Shown one piece after another: positions 35,839 through 49,030 of a stretch of DNA of 64,000 bases (position 1 is the first letter of the stretch; each line of letters opens with the position of its first letter). Source of the DNA: Bilabrum cf. latius (lineage: Eukaryota); contig OZ237747.1 in the NCBI GenBank assembly GCA_965178125.1, positions 930,001 to 994,000 of the forward strand. Direction: 5' to 3'. Under the pieces are notes generated by a model. It saw only the letters and a list, made by a program, of their open reading frames with translations, was not told the DNA's origin and made no database searches. A program made the translations under genes and the position numbers.

Positions 35839-37911
35839 GTCGGATTTGAGTACGTATTCGATTAGGAAGCTGTTCGGCCACAGGCGGCGGCAGAAAGGAG
35901 CGGCATGCGTTCCTGCTCTCATGCTGTTGCCGCGGAGTGCTGCATCCGTGCTTCGGGCCTGTGTTGAGTTAGTCTGTCGGCGGTTGCAGCCGCTGGAATC
36001 CACAACTGCAGTGCGAACAGCATCTTGAGCACGTGAGAGAGGTTGCAGTCCGTTTGCGGGATGTACGCTTGTTGATTTCATTCGGTAGAAGCAGCAAGAT
36101 GTTATGTAGCGCGGACCAGCCAGCAGCAGCCTGCTTGGTGGTGCCGCAGCCAAGACGCCAGGATGCCCGTGGAAAGGTCGGTTGCGATGGATTCAGAATC
36201 AGTTGCAACGGACGGCAGCGCTGGTGGTGGCAGTCAGCCGTCTGGTCTGCTTGTCAAGCGGGCCAGAGAGGCCACGGCTGCAGGTGAGGCGGAGGGTGGC
36301 AGTGGCGCGGCGCAGTCCGCAGGGACGCCCTTGGGCAATTCACTGACGCGACTCACAGCACGGTCGTTCCCCGAGACTGGTAGTGGATCCGTCGGTGCTC
36401 ATCTGCAGGATCCGCGAGCATTGATGGATTTGGGCGAGTCGGCGCGATCCAGCGGTGCAAGGAGTGCTGGCCTGCCTCAGTTGGAGGAGCAGCCGCCGCC
36501 CAAACGGGGACGCATCGACTCAGCGAAGAGTGGTTTGTGTTTTGCGGCGAACCTCCGCCGTCCACGGCCAGCCATCGGATTGCAGTACGGCGGCAGTGAG
36601 GCAGCAAGCTCAGCCATGCAGCTCTAGGTGCGGAAAGCCTTGGACCGCCAAGTCCACCGGAAGGCAGCTCAACTGCGCAGTCATGGGGAGCAGTCGTCTG
36701 GTCCTGCCAGGGGGCATGTGGAGTCGCCACACAGCCTCTTTGCGAGCCATGAGCAAGGTGCAGGCATGAGGCCGTCAGATGGCGGAGCATCAGGCAGCTC
36801 ATCATCTGCACGGCCACGCCACAGTGAAGGGAAGCAAGCAGGCGCCAGCAGCCCGGCATCTAGGCCTGGGCGCTCTCGAATGGGATCGTCTTGCGGTGCT
36901 GGGCGTGACCGGGCGGACGGGGCCTCGGATCTTGGAAGTGGATACCTGGACGATGCAGAGGGGGGCACGAGTGGCCAAAGTGGGATGGAGTCGGGCGATG
37001 AGGATCTGTGACCTTGGGTGCACACGGCTCGTAATGCTCGAAGTGCCCCGCCTGGCTCCATTGGCGCCTGCGTCCGTAGCATCGCGCCCGACTTGCCTGT
37101 GACTGTCGATCCTTCTGTTGACGGCATCTGGATGGAGGAAACGCTTACTCTCCTAGTCTGTCCACCCGTCTTTCGATTTCTCCCTGCCAGTGGGTGCCAC
37201 CACCCCAGTGCTAGTGGTTCTTCTTCCTCCTCCACCTTGTCCACCCGTCTTCCCCCATCGCCTTCATATCTGCCACGCCCACGACTTGATGGCTCATCCG
37301 AGCTCTCTGTCCAGTGCGCCACCTCAGCGGCTCTGCCTTGCACTCGGAGATGCAGGGCACTGCAAGCCCTCCCGAGGATCGGAGGATTTCAGCGGAGCAG
37401 ACTAGATAGAGCTGGGCTAACCTTGGACTCCAGCTTCGATGGATCGATTCGTACTTTATCATTGATCCCCATGACTCCATGCAGGCTGTATTCGTCCTTG
37501 CTGCAGAGGCGCAGAGAGGGACAGGGCAAGCAATACTTGCGAGATCACGGCATGCAAACGCCCTTCAGCCAAGAGCTTCGATCGTGAGTTTGCCCCCTTG
37601 TCTGAGATCAGCTTGACATGCCATGTCGATCATACCAGCGGTTGCTTTCGTACTCGCGTAGCACTCTTGCAGGAGGGTGTAGCAAGCCGCTGTTCAGTTC
37701 GCTTCTGCAATCGCTGCGGGCAAGGTCGATGTGGCCGAGCAGCAGCTGTACGAGAATGCCGCTCTTCTGGCTGGGTGGAGCGGTTGTGGCGTCTTGCTTC
37801 GGGTGCAAGTGCGCTTGACTGCACCGAATGGCGATGTGTGTAGCTTGATAGTGAGAAACAAGCTGTAGACTGAGTGGATCGCTTTCCGTTGCATAGATTG
37901 GCTGCATCCGT

Positions 37912-38988
37912 ATGTTGTGGAATGTGATACCCATGCACTCAGGTACACTCATGTCTGGAATGCATCGTGGCATGCGGCAGTGTTGGGCTGCTCGGCAAGC
38001 TGCTTCGACATCCATCGGCAGTTGCACACGTGAGGCATTTGTAACTGGCTGCCGTCCGACCAATATCCTAGGGTTGATCCGTGCTCCATTGAATTACGAT
38101 GAGTGTTGGATTTGTTCTTGGTGCTTTTCGCAGCCGCTGGAATGGGCCCTTGCATTCAGCATGCGACCGGTGGCCTGCTTCAGCCTGGAGTGCGCTTGGC
38201 ATCTTCTGCTTGCGGGAGCTGGAAACGATCCGTGGCAGAAGATCGACTGGGAGAGATCATTCAGGGAGCGCAAGACGCCTTCGAATCCTTGGTATGTGGC
38301 AGGGTTTGATGCAGGATACTCTGTGTTGAATCCTTGTGGAGCTGCCTTGCTGCTGCGTTGGGGCCAAGATCAATGGAGGCAGGCAGTGGATAAGTTCCCT
38401 GGGACTGACACATGGACGTTTGCTTTGTCACGTGGACTCTCCGGACGGATCGATCGTGCTGATCACGTTGGATTGAAACGCAAGGAGTTTCGTGAACGTG
38501 GCATGGGGCATTTGCTCGCTGCAAGGATCAAGGACAACCCGCGCCACATCCTGCGGAGGCTCTTCGAGATCGCACCTGACGGCGTGCTGGATCCTGTGAA
38601 AGGCCTGGACCCTCGCCGGGCCGATGCAGTCATCCGATGGAGGCGGGCCCATGAAGCCCACAGGGACGCAAGCATGGTGTTCCGGGCGGCGAGCGAGGGC
38701 AGGCCCATGGAGCTGGAGAAGAGGCTGAGGCTGGGCAAGCTGGCGGGTGGGCTGACCCGGACGGGCCGTGTGGGGTCTGGTGCATGGGGAGCAGCAGCGG
38801 TGCGGCTGCTGAGTCCAATGGAGGCGGCTCGTGTGGGGGGTCATGGGAGGTGTGTGGCTGTGCTGTAGGAGGCGTGGGAGGGGCAGGCGACTGGCAGTGA
38901 GGGTGCTTGTGAAGGAAGGGGTGGGGCTGGGTCAGGGGGTGCAGCAGTGTCGAACTCGCTGATGCGGCTGGGTCAGACTACGAAATGA
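37912..38988 (+). CDS. Array gene A2 copy 5
   Basis: Paralogue carrying the TFALSRGLSGRIDRADH block. Confidence 0.55.
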
Positions 38989-40942
38989 GTCGGATTTGAG
39001 TGCGTATTCGATTAGGAAGCTGTTCAGCCTCAGGCGGTGGCAGAAAGGAGCGGCATGCGTTCCTGCCCGCATGTTGTTGCCGCGGAGTGCTGCATCCGTG
39101 CTTCGGGCCTGTGTTGAGTTAGTCTGTCGGCGGTTGCAGCCGCTGGAATCCACAACTGCAGTGCGAACAGCATCTTGAGCACGTGAGAGAGGTTGCAGTC
39201 CGTTTGCGGGATGTACGCTTGTTGACTTCGTTCAGAATCAGTTGCAATGGACGGCAGCGCTGGTGGTGGCAGTCAGCCGTCTGGTCTGCTTGTCAAGCGG
39301 GCCAGAGAGGCCACGGCTGCAGGTGAGGCGGAGAGTGGCAGTGGCGCGGCGCAGTCCGCAGGGACGCCCTGGGGCAATTCACTGACGCGACTCACAGTAC
39401 GGTCGTTCCCCGAGACTGGTAGTGGATCCGTCGGTGCTCATCTGCAGGATCCGCGAGCATTGATGGATTCGGGCGAGTCGGCGCGATCCAGCGGTGCAGG
39501 GAGCGCTGGCCTGCCTCAGTTGGGAGGAGCAGCCGCTGCCCAAACGGGGACGCATCGACTCAGCGAAGAGTGGATTGTGTTTTGCGGCGAACCTCCGGCG
39601 TCCACGGCCAGCCATCGGATTGCAGTACGGCGGCAATGAGGCAGCAAGCTCAGCCATGCAGCTCTAGGTGCGGGAAGCCTTGGACCTCCAAGTCCACCGG
39701 AAGGCAGCTCAACTGCGCAGTCATGGGGAGCAGTCGTCTGGTCCTGCCAGGGGGCATGTGGAGTCGCCACACAGCCTCTTTGCGAGCCATGAGCAAGGTG
39801 CAGGCATGAGGCCGTCAGATGGCGGAGCATCAGGCAGCTCATCATCTGCACGGCCACGCCACAGTGAAGGGAAGCAAGCAGGCGCCAGCAGCCCGGCATC
39901 TAGGCCTGGGCGCTCTCGAATGGGATCATCTCGCGGTACTGGGCGTGACCGGGCGGACGGGGCCTCGGATCTTGGAAGTGGCTACCTGGACGATGCAGAG
40001 GGGGGCACGAGTGGCCAAAGTGGGATGGAGTCGGGCGATGAGGATCTGTGACCTTGGGTGCACACGGCTCGTAATGCTCGAAGTGCCTTGCCTGGCTCCA
40101 TTGGCGCTTGCGTCTGTAGCATCGCGCCCGACTTGCCTGTGACTGTCGATCCTTCTGTTGACGGCATCTGGATGGAGGAAACGCTTACTCTCTTAGTCTG
40201 TCCACCCGTCTCCCGATTTCTCCCTGCCAGTGGGTGCCACCACCCCAGTGCAAGTGGTGCTTCTTCCTCCTCCACTTTGTCCACCCGGCTTCCCCCATCG
40301 CCTTCATCGCCCACGACTTGATGGCTCATCCGAGCTCCCTGTCCAGTGCGCCACCTCAGCGGCTCTGCCTTTGCTCTGAGATGCAGGGCACTGCAAGCCC
40401 TCCGGAGGATCGGAGGATTTCAGCGGAGCAGACTAGATAGAGCTGGGCTAACCTTGGACTCCAGCTTCGATGGATCGATTCGTACTTTATCATTGATCCC
40501 CATGACTCCATGCAGGCTGTATTCGTCCTTGCTGCAGAGGCGCAGAGAGGGACAGGGTCAGCAATACTTGCGAGATCACGGCATGCAAACGCCTTTCAGC
40601 CAAGAGCTTCGATCGTGAGTTTGCCCCCTTGTCTGAGATCAGCTTGACATGCCATGCCGATGATACCAGCGGCTGCTTTGGCACTCGCGTAGCACTCTTG
40701 CAGGAGGGTGTAGCAAGCCGCCGTTCAGTTCGCTTCTGCAATCGCTGCGGGCAAGGTCGATGTGGCCGAGCAGCAGCTGGACGAGAATGCCGCTCTTCTG
40801 GCTGGGTGGAGCGGTTGTGGCGTCTTGCTTCGGGTGCAAGTGCGCTTGACTGCACCGAATGGCGATGTGTGTAGGTTGATAGTGAGCATCACGCTGTAGA
40901 CTGAGTGGATCGCTTTCGGATGCATAGATTGGCTGCATCCGT

Positions 40943-42019
40943 ATGTTGTGGAATGTGATATCCATGCACTCAGGTACACTCATGTCTGGAATGCATCGTG
41001 GCATGCGACTGTGTTGGGCTGCTCGGCAAGCTGCTTCGACATCCATCGGCAGTTGCACACGTGAGGCATTTGTAACTGGCTGCCGTCCGACCAATATCCT
41101 AGGGTTGATCCGTGCTCCATTGAATTACGATGAGTATTGGATTTGTTCTTGGTGCTTTTCGCAGCCGCTGGAATGGGCCCTTGCATTCAGCATGCGACCG
41201 GTGGCCTGCTTCAGGCTGGAGTGCGCTTGGCATCTTCTGCTTGCGGGAGCTGGAAACGATCCGTGGCAGAAGATCGACTGGTGGAGAGCTCTCAGTGAGC
41301 CGGATAAGCCTTCGAATCCTTGGTATGTGGCAGGGCATGATGCGGGATACTTTGTGTTGAATCCTTGTGGAGCTGCCTTGCTGCTGCGTTGGGGCCAAGA
41401 TCAATGGAGGCAGGCAGTGGATAAGTTCCCTGGGACCAAAACGTGGTCCAATGCTATATACTCTGGCATTTTTGAACGGATCGATCGTGCTGATCACGTC
41501 GGATTGAAACGCAAGGAGTTTCGTGAACGTGGCATGGGGCATTTGCTCGCTGCATTGACCAAGAAGAACCCTCGCCACATCCTGCGGAGGCTCTTCGAGA
41601 TCGCACCTGACGGCGTGCTGGATCCTGTGAAAGGCCTGGATCCTCGCCGGGCCGATGCAGTCATCCGCTGGAGGCGGGCCCATGAGGCCCACAGGGACGC
41701 AAGCATGGTGTTCCGGGCGGCGAGCGAGGGCAGGCCCATGGAGCTGGATAAGAGGCTGAGGCTGGGCAAGCTGGCGGGTGGGCTGACCCGGGCGGGCCGT
41801 GTGGGGTCTGGTGCATGGGGAGCAGCAGCGGTGCGGCTGCTGAGTCCAATGGAGGCGGCTCGTGTGGGGGGTCATGGGAGGTGTGTGGCTGTGCTGTAGG
41901 AGGCGTGGGAGGGGCAGGCGACTGGCAGTGAGGGTGCTTGTGAAGGCAGGGGTGAGGCTGGGTCAGGGGGTGCAGCAGTGTCGAACTCGCTGATGCGGCT
42001 GGGTCAGACTACGAAATGA
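40943..42019 (+). CDS. Array gene A2 copy 6
   Basis: Paralogue combining the WWRALSEPDK and SNAIYSGIFERIDRADH blocks; ends at TGA 42017-42019. Confidence 0.55.
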
Positions 42020-42708
42020 GTCGGATTTGAGACTCAAATTTTGAGTGCGTATTCGATTAGGAAGCTGTTCGGCCACAGGCGGCGGCAGAAAGGAGCGGCA
42101 TGCGTTCCTGCCCGCATGCTGTTGCCGCGGAGTGCTGCATCCGTACTTCGGGTCTGTGTTCGAACCCCCTGTGCTGAAAAGGAAAGGAAAGGAATTCTGA
42201 CGAGTTGTCCCTGCCCTGTCCTTGGCCGGCGGTGGTTACAACCGCTGAAATCGATAACCGCAGTGCGAACAGCATCTTGAGCACGTGAGAGAGATTGCAG
42301 TCCATTTGCGGGATGCAAGTGTAATGCTTGTATTGATCATTACCAGGCAACCCTCATTTGTCCCTTGGAGTGCTAGTTGTTAGTCCTTGCGCCCCCTTCG
42401 TTCGGCGGGCAAGGGAGCGATTTGGTCGACATTGCTTACGGTAGGCCGCAACTCGACCATAGGTAGATCGCTCGCGCGTCATTTGTACCAAGTATTGGAT
42501 CATTTGGCAGTATCGGCTTGCAATTCTTGCCAGCCTGCTCTACCGGCTCAATCTTCGGGCTGGTAGCGCTGTACAACCAGCAGTGTCGACTGCCCCGCTA
42601 ATCGTTCTATTTTGCGGCCTCAGCCCTCTCTGCTTCGGAAGCTATTATGATGTTGGTTGAGTGTCCTTTCGTATTGATCGCAGGGCGGAGTTTTAGCTGA
42701 TGCTCCGC

Positions 42709-43761
42709 ATGCTTCGTATCGCTGTGCTGGCCTTGGTCGCAGCTTGCGCTGCTAGGAGGACGGTAGCCCAAGGATCTGGCCCAGTGGTTCGCAGTGTCCC
42801 AGCTTACCTCTTTCTTGCAGATGTCGACGTGCTGCCCTAGTCCTTCTTGCAGGAGAGCTCGGAGGCTCATCGTCCTTTCAGGGTCGTCACGGCCCGTCCG
42901 CAGGCAAGGCCGCACGGGGCCTCACTGGTGCTGTGGTCGCGGCCCCCGGACCCAGAGCAAGCCCAAGCTCGCACCGATGAAGGAGAAGGATCGGTAGGTT
43001 CTATGGGTGGGATGAATACTTCACCATCTGGTGCGCGCCCCGGTGAGGTTCCTCTTGCCTCGCCCGGGGAAGGGCACGTGCCGTTGTTCCACGGGGCCTA
43101 CCCTGAAGCATGGGTACATGCGATGTTCCAGAGATTCGGACCGATACTGGGGTATTCCATGAACGTGGGTCGGTCGGTGGCGGCTATAATGTTTCTCAAC
43201 CAGGCATCTGCGTGGGCGGCACTTCATGCACTTGCAAGCATTCCTGGATAGCCACTGGGTCAAGTGCTGCTGGCCCAGGGCGCCGGGGGGCAATCAGGCC
43301 CGGGGACGGCTGCACTTGGCCGCATCATACCCGAAGCAGTATACACGTGGCTAGGAGATGGAGAAATACATGGGCAAGAGTACGTGTTCATGAAGATTGG
43401 CTTGGAAGAGTCGGGCGCCGGTGCGATCCATGTTTCTGACAACCCTCTACAGCTGGATCTCGTGGGGCAAATGTTCGAAGCAGCCGCAACGTCGCAGCCA
43501 TCAGGGATGGTGTTCTAGAGGTGCCGCGGCCCGCCCAAGGGAGGCGCATGCGACGCAAGCGTGTTCTCTCTGTCAACGCTCCCGGCGGGTCAAGCCAGAC
43601 CTGGCATTCAGTGCGAGCTACATCGAGTGGCTGCAGGTGAGGCCAGCACAAGCTCGATGGAAGTAGAAATGGGCAGCATCAAAGGGATGGGCTCAACGGC
43701 GGCGGGGGCCGCCCAGACGGCTATGGGAGCAGGCTCATCATCATCACCATCATCATCGTCA

Positions 43762-43793
<32 letters not shown>

Positions 43794-46223
43794 GTCATCG
43801 TCGTCGTCGTCTGCACCTGCCGGGTCGTCAGACATGTGCTTTCAGGTGCATGCGCGGTCATCGCAGGCGATGGTATCGATCGAGAACAGCGTGAAACGGC
43901 GCTAGTATAGTATTTGGGGAGATGCCGTCGAGACTAATACTCAGGTGGGAGTTGAATACTCAGGTGGGAGTTGAATGCCATAAGCAGCAGCGGCGACAAG
44001 CGGAGCAAGCAGCAAGCGGCGCGGCAGCAAGTCAGCCTGCGCCAACGTTCTCGTTCCAAGTGGCTGGGGAGCTCATGTGCTTGCGCAATCCATTGCATGT
44101 CACCTCTGTGATCGGCTGGGCGTCATGGAGGGCAGAGCTGGGCGATGCAGTTCGCCTTGCCGAGGGGAGGCACCCACACGCGCATCTTGCCAGGACAGAA
44201 GGGCTGCAGCGTGCGCTCAAAAAGCTGGACATGTCGACGTTCAAGCCGATGGCTCCTCGTGAGAACGGGAGCGCCCCTGTCATCGATGCATTGCAACAAT
44301 CGGCGTGCCGGCTATTCGTAAACCGTGTGACTGGCCCTTGCCCGTAGAATGGGTTTGAGGAGTCTTTCTCTTCTCCCGCGCCTCAGAGGTACGAGCACGC
44401 AAGCCATCTGTCGGCGGTGGCGGCTGGCTTCCGGAGGATGGGCGACAAGAAAGGCAGCACCGAGATGTTTGGGCTGGATATAGAGCAGCTCGTTGCCGAT
44501 ATTCCAGGTTTCGTGACCATGGACGTGCGTGGTAAGGGCTAGGAGATCAAGACAGCGATTGAGGAATAGATGGGACAAACAGTGAATCGACTTCGCAGGT
44601 ACTCCGTGCTGCTCGATGACAGATTCATGGCCCAGCTCCGCATCGGCGTGCTGACTGCGGCACGAGCTCGATTCAGTGCTGCGCTGACCACACCCGAAGC
44701 TTGGACGGCGTTCTGTGCGAATGCCCCCGCTAGAGAGTTTGCTGAGATTGTCCAGAATGTGTTCGACTCATTGCTTGCCGAAGCTGATGTGAAGACTATT
44801 AAGCCCAGAGATTCTCGCGCACACAATGCCGAAGGGGCAGGCGAGAATGGACCAGGGCAGCTGGAAGTCGTCGAGTGGGCTGCCCGGATCATCGCTAGAG
44901 CGACGAGTTTGGGCGTCGTGCTGGAGCGGACAGGGCAGGTGCAGCCATCGCAAGGAGGCAAACACGAACGGAGCGGTGCAGGTCCTGGTCAAGAAGCGAA
45001 ACCACTGTCGTCTGCAGCCCAAGGCACGGCTTCATCGTCGTCCTCATCATCCGCATCCTCATCGTACTCGTCGCCTTCGACCTCAGCTGCATCCTACTTA
45101 CCTTCCCCAACTGAAGCTGGTGGCGCGGTTGATTCCTCTGATGTTGGCGCTCAGGTCCAACTCCGGTTCGGTCCAGGGCCTGGGCTGCCCGATTCGCGTG
45201 TGGTCAGCTTCGTGCTTGACCGTGAGCCGAACTCTGAGCCTAAGAGTGTCAAAGTGTCAGATACAGAGCACAGGACTAGTACAGCCGATTTCATTCGGTA
45301 GAAGCAGCAAGATGTAGCGCGGATCAGCCAGCAGCAGCCTGCCTGGTGGTGCCGCAGCCAAGACGCCAGGATGCCCGTGGAAAGGTCGGTTGCGATGGAT
45401 TCAGAATCAGTTGCAATGGACGGCAGCGCTGCTGGTGGCAGTCAGCCGTCTGGTCTACTTGTCAAGCGGGCCAGAGAGGCCATGGCTGCAGGTGAGGCGG
45501 AGGGTGGCAGTGGCGCGGCGCAGTCCGCAGGGACGCCCTCGGGCAATTCATTGATGCGACTCACAGTACGGTCGTTGGCTGAGACTGGTTGTGGATCCGT
45601 CGGTGCTCATCTGCAGGATCCGCCAGCATTGGTGGATTCGGGCGAGTCGGCGCGATCCAGTGGTGCAAGGAGCGCTAGCCTGCCTCAGTTGGAGGAGCAG
45701 CCGCCGCCCAAACGGGGACGCATCGACTCAGCGAAGAGTGGTTTGTGTTTTGCGGCGAACCTCCGGCGTCCACGGCCAGCCATCGGATTGCAGTACGGCG
45801 GCAGTGAGGCAGCAAGCTCAGCCATGCAGCTCTAGGTGCGGAAAGCCTTGGACCTCCAAGTCCACCGGAAGGCAGCTCAACTGCGCAGTCATGGGGAGCA
45901 GTCGTCTGGTCCTGCCAGGGGGCATGCGGAGTCGCCACACGGCCTCTTTACGAGTCATGAGCAAGTTGCAGGCATGAGGCCGTCAGATGGCGGAGCATCA
46001 GGCAGCTCATCATCTACACGCACGGCCACGCCACAGTGAAGGGAAGCAAGCAGGCGCCAGCAGCCCGGCATCTAGGCCTGGGCGCTCTCGAATGGGATCG
46101 TCTTGCGGTGCTGGGCGTGACCGGGCGGACGGGGCCTCGGATCTTGGAAGTGGCTACCTGGACGATGCAGAGGGGGGCACGAGTGGCCAAAGTGGGATGG
46201 AGTCGGGCGATGAGGATCTGTGA
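42709..46223 (+). CDS. Array gene B copy 2; frameshift near the C-terminus
   Basis: Starts at ATG 42709 (MLRIAVLALVAACAA). A 4-bp insertion (ctacacgcacggcc, ~46014-46027) shifts the frame to TGA 46037-46039; the normal end would be 46223. Confidence 0.5.
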
Positions 46224-46371
46224 CCTTGGGTGCACACGGCTCGTAATGCTCGAAGTGCCCCGCCGTGCTCCATTGTCGCCTGCGTCTGTAGCATCGCGCC
46301 CGACTTGCCTGTGACTGTCGATCCTTCTGTTGACGGCATCTGGATGGGGGAAACGCTTACTCTCCTCGTCT

Positions 46372-46620
46372 GCCCACCCGTCTCCCGATTTCTCCCTGCC
46401 AGTGGGTGCCACCACCCCGGTGCTAGTGGTGCTGCTTCCTCCTCCACCTTTTCCACCCGTCTCCCGATTTCTCCCGGCCAGTGGGTGCCACCACCCCAGT
46501 GCAAGTGGTGCTTCTTCCTCCTCCACCTTGTCCACCCGTCTCCCGATTTCTCCCTGCCAGTGGGTGCCACCACCCCAGTGCAAGTGGTGCTTCTTCCTCC
46601 TCCACCTTGTCCACCCGTCT
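46372..46620 (+). repeat. 79-bp unit expanded to 3 tandem copies in the B-A2 spacer
   Basis: ccacccgtctcccgatttctccc...ctccacctt starts at about 46372, 46451 and 46530; most array units carry a single copy. Confidence 0.85.
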
Positions 46621-47281
46621 TCCCCCATCGCCTTCATATCTGCCAGGCCCACGACTTGATGGCTCATCCGAGCTCCCTGCCCAGTGCGCTTCCTCAGCGG
46701 CTCTGCCTTGCACTCGGAGATGCAGGGCACTGTAAGCCCTCCGGAGGATCGGAGGATTTCAGCGGAGCAGACTAGATAGAGCTGGGCTAACCTTGGACTC
46801 CAGCTTCGATGGTTCGATTCGTACTTTATCATTGATCCCCATGACTCCATGCAGGCTGTATTCGTCCTTGCTGCAGAGGCGCAGAGAGGGACAGGGTCAG
46901 CAATACTTGCGAGATCACGGCATGCAAACGCCCTTCAGCCAAGAGCTTCGATCGTGAGTTTGCCCCCTTGTCTGAGATCAGCTTGACATGCCATGTCGAT
47001 GATACCAGCGGCTGCTTTGGCACTCGCGTAGCACTCTCGCAGGAGGGTGTAGCAAGCCGCTGTTCAGTTCGCTTCTGCAATCGCTGCGGGCAAGGTCGAT
47101 GTGGCCGAGCAGCAGTTGGACGAGAATGCCGCTCTTCTGGCTGGGTGGAGCGGTTGTGGCGTCTTGCTTCGGGTGCAAGTGCGCTTGACTGCACCGAATG
47201 GCGATGTGTGTCGGTTGATAGTGAGAAACAAGCTGTAGACTGAGTGGATCGCTTTCGGTTGCACAGATTGGCTCCATCCGT

Positions 47282-48355
47282 ATGTTGTGGAATGTGATAT
47301 CCATGCACTCAGGTACACTCATGTCTGGAATGCATCGTGGCATGCGACAGTGTTGGGCTGCTCGGCAAGCTGCTTCGACATCCATCGGCAGTTGCACACG
47401 TGAGGCATTTGTAACTGGCTGCCGTCCGACCAATATCCTAGGTTTGATCCGTGCTACATTGAATCACGATGAGTATTGGATTTGTTCTTGGTGCTTTTCG
47501 CAGCCGCTGGAATGGGCCCTTGCATTCAGCATGCGACCGGTGGCCTGCTTCAGCCTGGAGTGCGCTTGGCATCTTCTGCTTGCGGGAGCTGGAAACGATC
47601 CGTGGCAGAAGATCAACTGGGAGAGATCATTCAGGGAGCGCAAGACGCCTTCGAATCCTTGGTATGTGGCAGGGTTTGATGCGGGATATTTCGGCAACCC
47701 TTCTGGAGCTGCCTTGCTGCTGCGTTGGGGCCAAGATCAATGGAGGCAGGCAGTGGATAAGTTCCCTGGGACTGACACGTGGTCCAATGGTTTATCTTAT
47801 GGATTGCATTGTAGGATTGGGGATGACGATGACACTGAAATCTGTCGCAAGGATTTCGAAGATCGTGGCTTCGGACATTTGCTCGCTGCGCTGATCAAGG
47901 ACAACCCGCGCCACATCCTGCGGAGGCTCTTCGAGATCGCACCTGACGGCGTGCTGGATCCTGTGAAAGGCCTGGATCCTCGCCGGGCCGATGCAGTCAT
48001 CCGCTGGAGGCGGGCCCATGAGGCCCACAGGGACGCAAGCATGGTGTTCCGGGCGGCGAGCGAGGGCAGGCCCATGGAGCTGGAGAAGAGGCTGAGGCTG
48101 GGCAAGCTGGCGGGTGGGCTGACCCGGGCGGGCCGTGTGGGGTCTGGTGCATGGGGAGCAGCAGCGGTGCGGCTGCTGAGTCCAATGGAGGCGGCTCGTG
48201 TGGGGGGTCATGGGAGGTGTGTGGCTGTGCTGTTGGAGGCGTGGGAGGGGCAGGCGACTGGCAGTGAGGGTGCTTGTGAAGGAAGGGGTGGGGCTGGGTC
48301 GGGGGGTGCGGCAGTGTCGAACTCGCTGATGCGGCTGGGTCAGACTACGAGCTGA
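47282..48355 (+). CDS. Array gene A2 copy 7 (TTG in place of the usual TAG)
   Basis: A 357-aa ORF that is open in the standard code up to the same TGA the other copies reach by TAG readthrough. Confidence 0.6.
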   Translation: MLWNVISMHSGTLMSGMHRGMRQCWAARQAASTSIGSCTREAFVTGCRPTNILGLIRATLNHDEYWICSWCFSQPLEWALAFSMRPVACFSLECAWHLLLAGAGNDPWQKINWERSFRERKTPSNPWYVAGFDAGYFGNPSGAALLLRWGQDQWRQAVDKFPGTDTWSNGLSYGLHCRIGDDDDTEICRKDFEDRGFGHLLAALIKDNPRHILRRLFEIAPDGVLDPVKGLDPRRADAVIRWRRAHEAHRDASMVFRAASEGRPMELEKRLRLGKLAGGLTRAGRVGSGAWGAAAVRLLSPMEAARVGGHGRCVAVLLEAWEGQATGSEGACEGRGGAGSGGAAVSNSLMRLGQTTS

Positions 48356-49030
48356 AGTGGGTTTGAGTGCGTATTCGATTAGGAAGCTGTTCGGCCACAG
48401 GCGGCGGCAGAAAGGAGCGGCATGCGTTCCTGCCCGCATGCTGTTGCCGCGGAGTGCTGCATCCGTACTTCGGGCCTGTGGTCGAACCCCCTGTGCTGAA
48501 AAGGAAAGGAAAGGAATTCTGACGAGTTGTCCCTTCCCTGTCCTTGGCCGGCGGTGGTTGCAACCGCTGAAATCGATAACCGCAGTGCGAACAGCATCTT
48601 GAGCACGTGAGAGAGATTGCAGTCCATTTGCGGGATGCAAGTGTAATGCTTGTATTGATCATTACCAGGCAACCCGCATTTGTCCCTTGGAGTGCTAGTT
48701 GTTAGTCCTTGCGCCCCCTTCGTTCGGCGGGCAAGGGAGCGATTTGGTCGACATTGCTTACGGTAGGCCGCAACTCGACCATAGGTAGATCGCTCGCGCG
48801 TCATTTGTACCAAGTATTGGATCACTTGGCAGTATCGGCTTGCAATTCTTGCCAGCCTGCTCTACCGGCTCAATCTTCGGGCTGGTAGCGCTGTACAACC
48901 AGCAGTGTCGACTGCCCCGCTAATCGTTCTATTTTGCGGCCTCAGCCCTCTCTGCTTCGGAAGCTATTATGATATTGGTTGAGTATCCTTTCGTATTGAT
49001 CGCAGGGCGGAGTTTTAGCTGATGCTCCGC

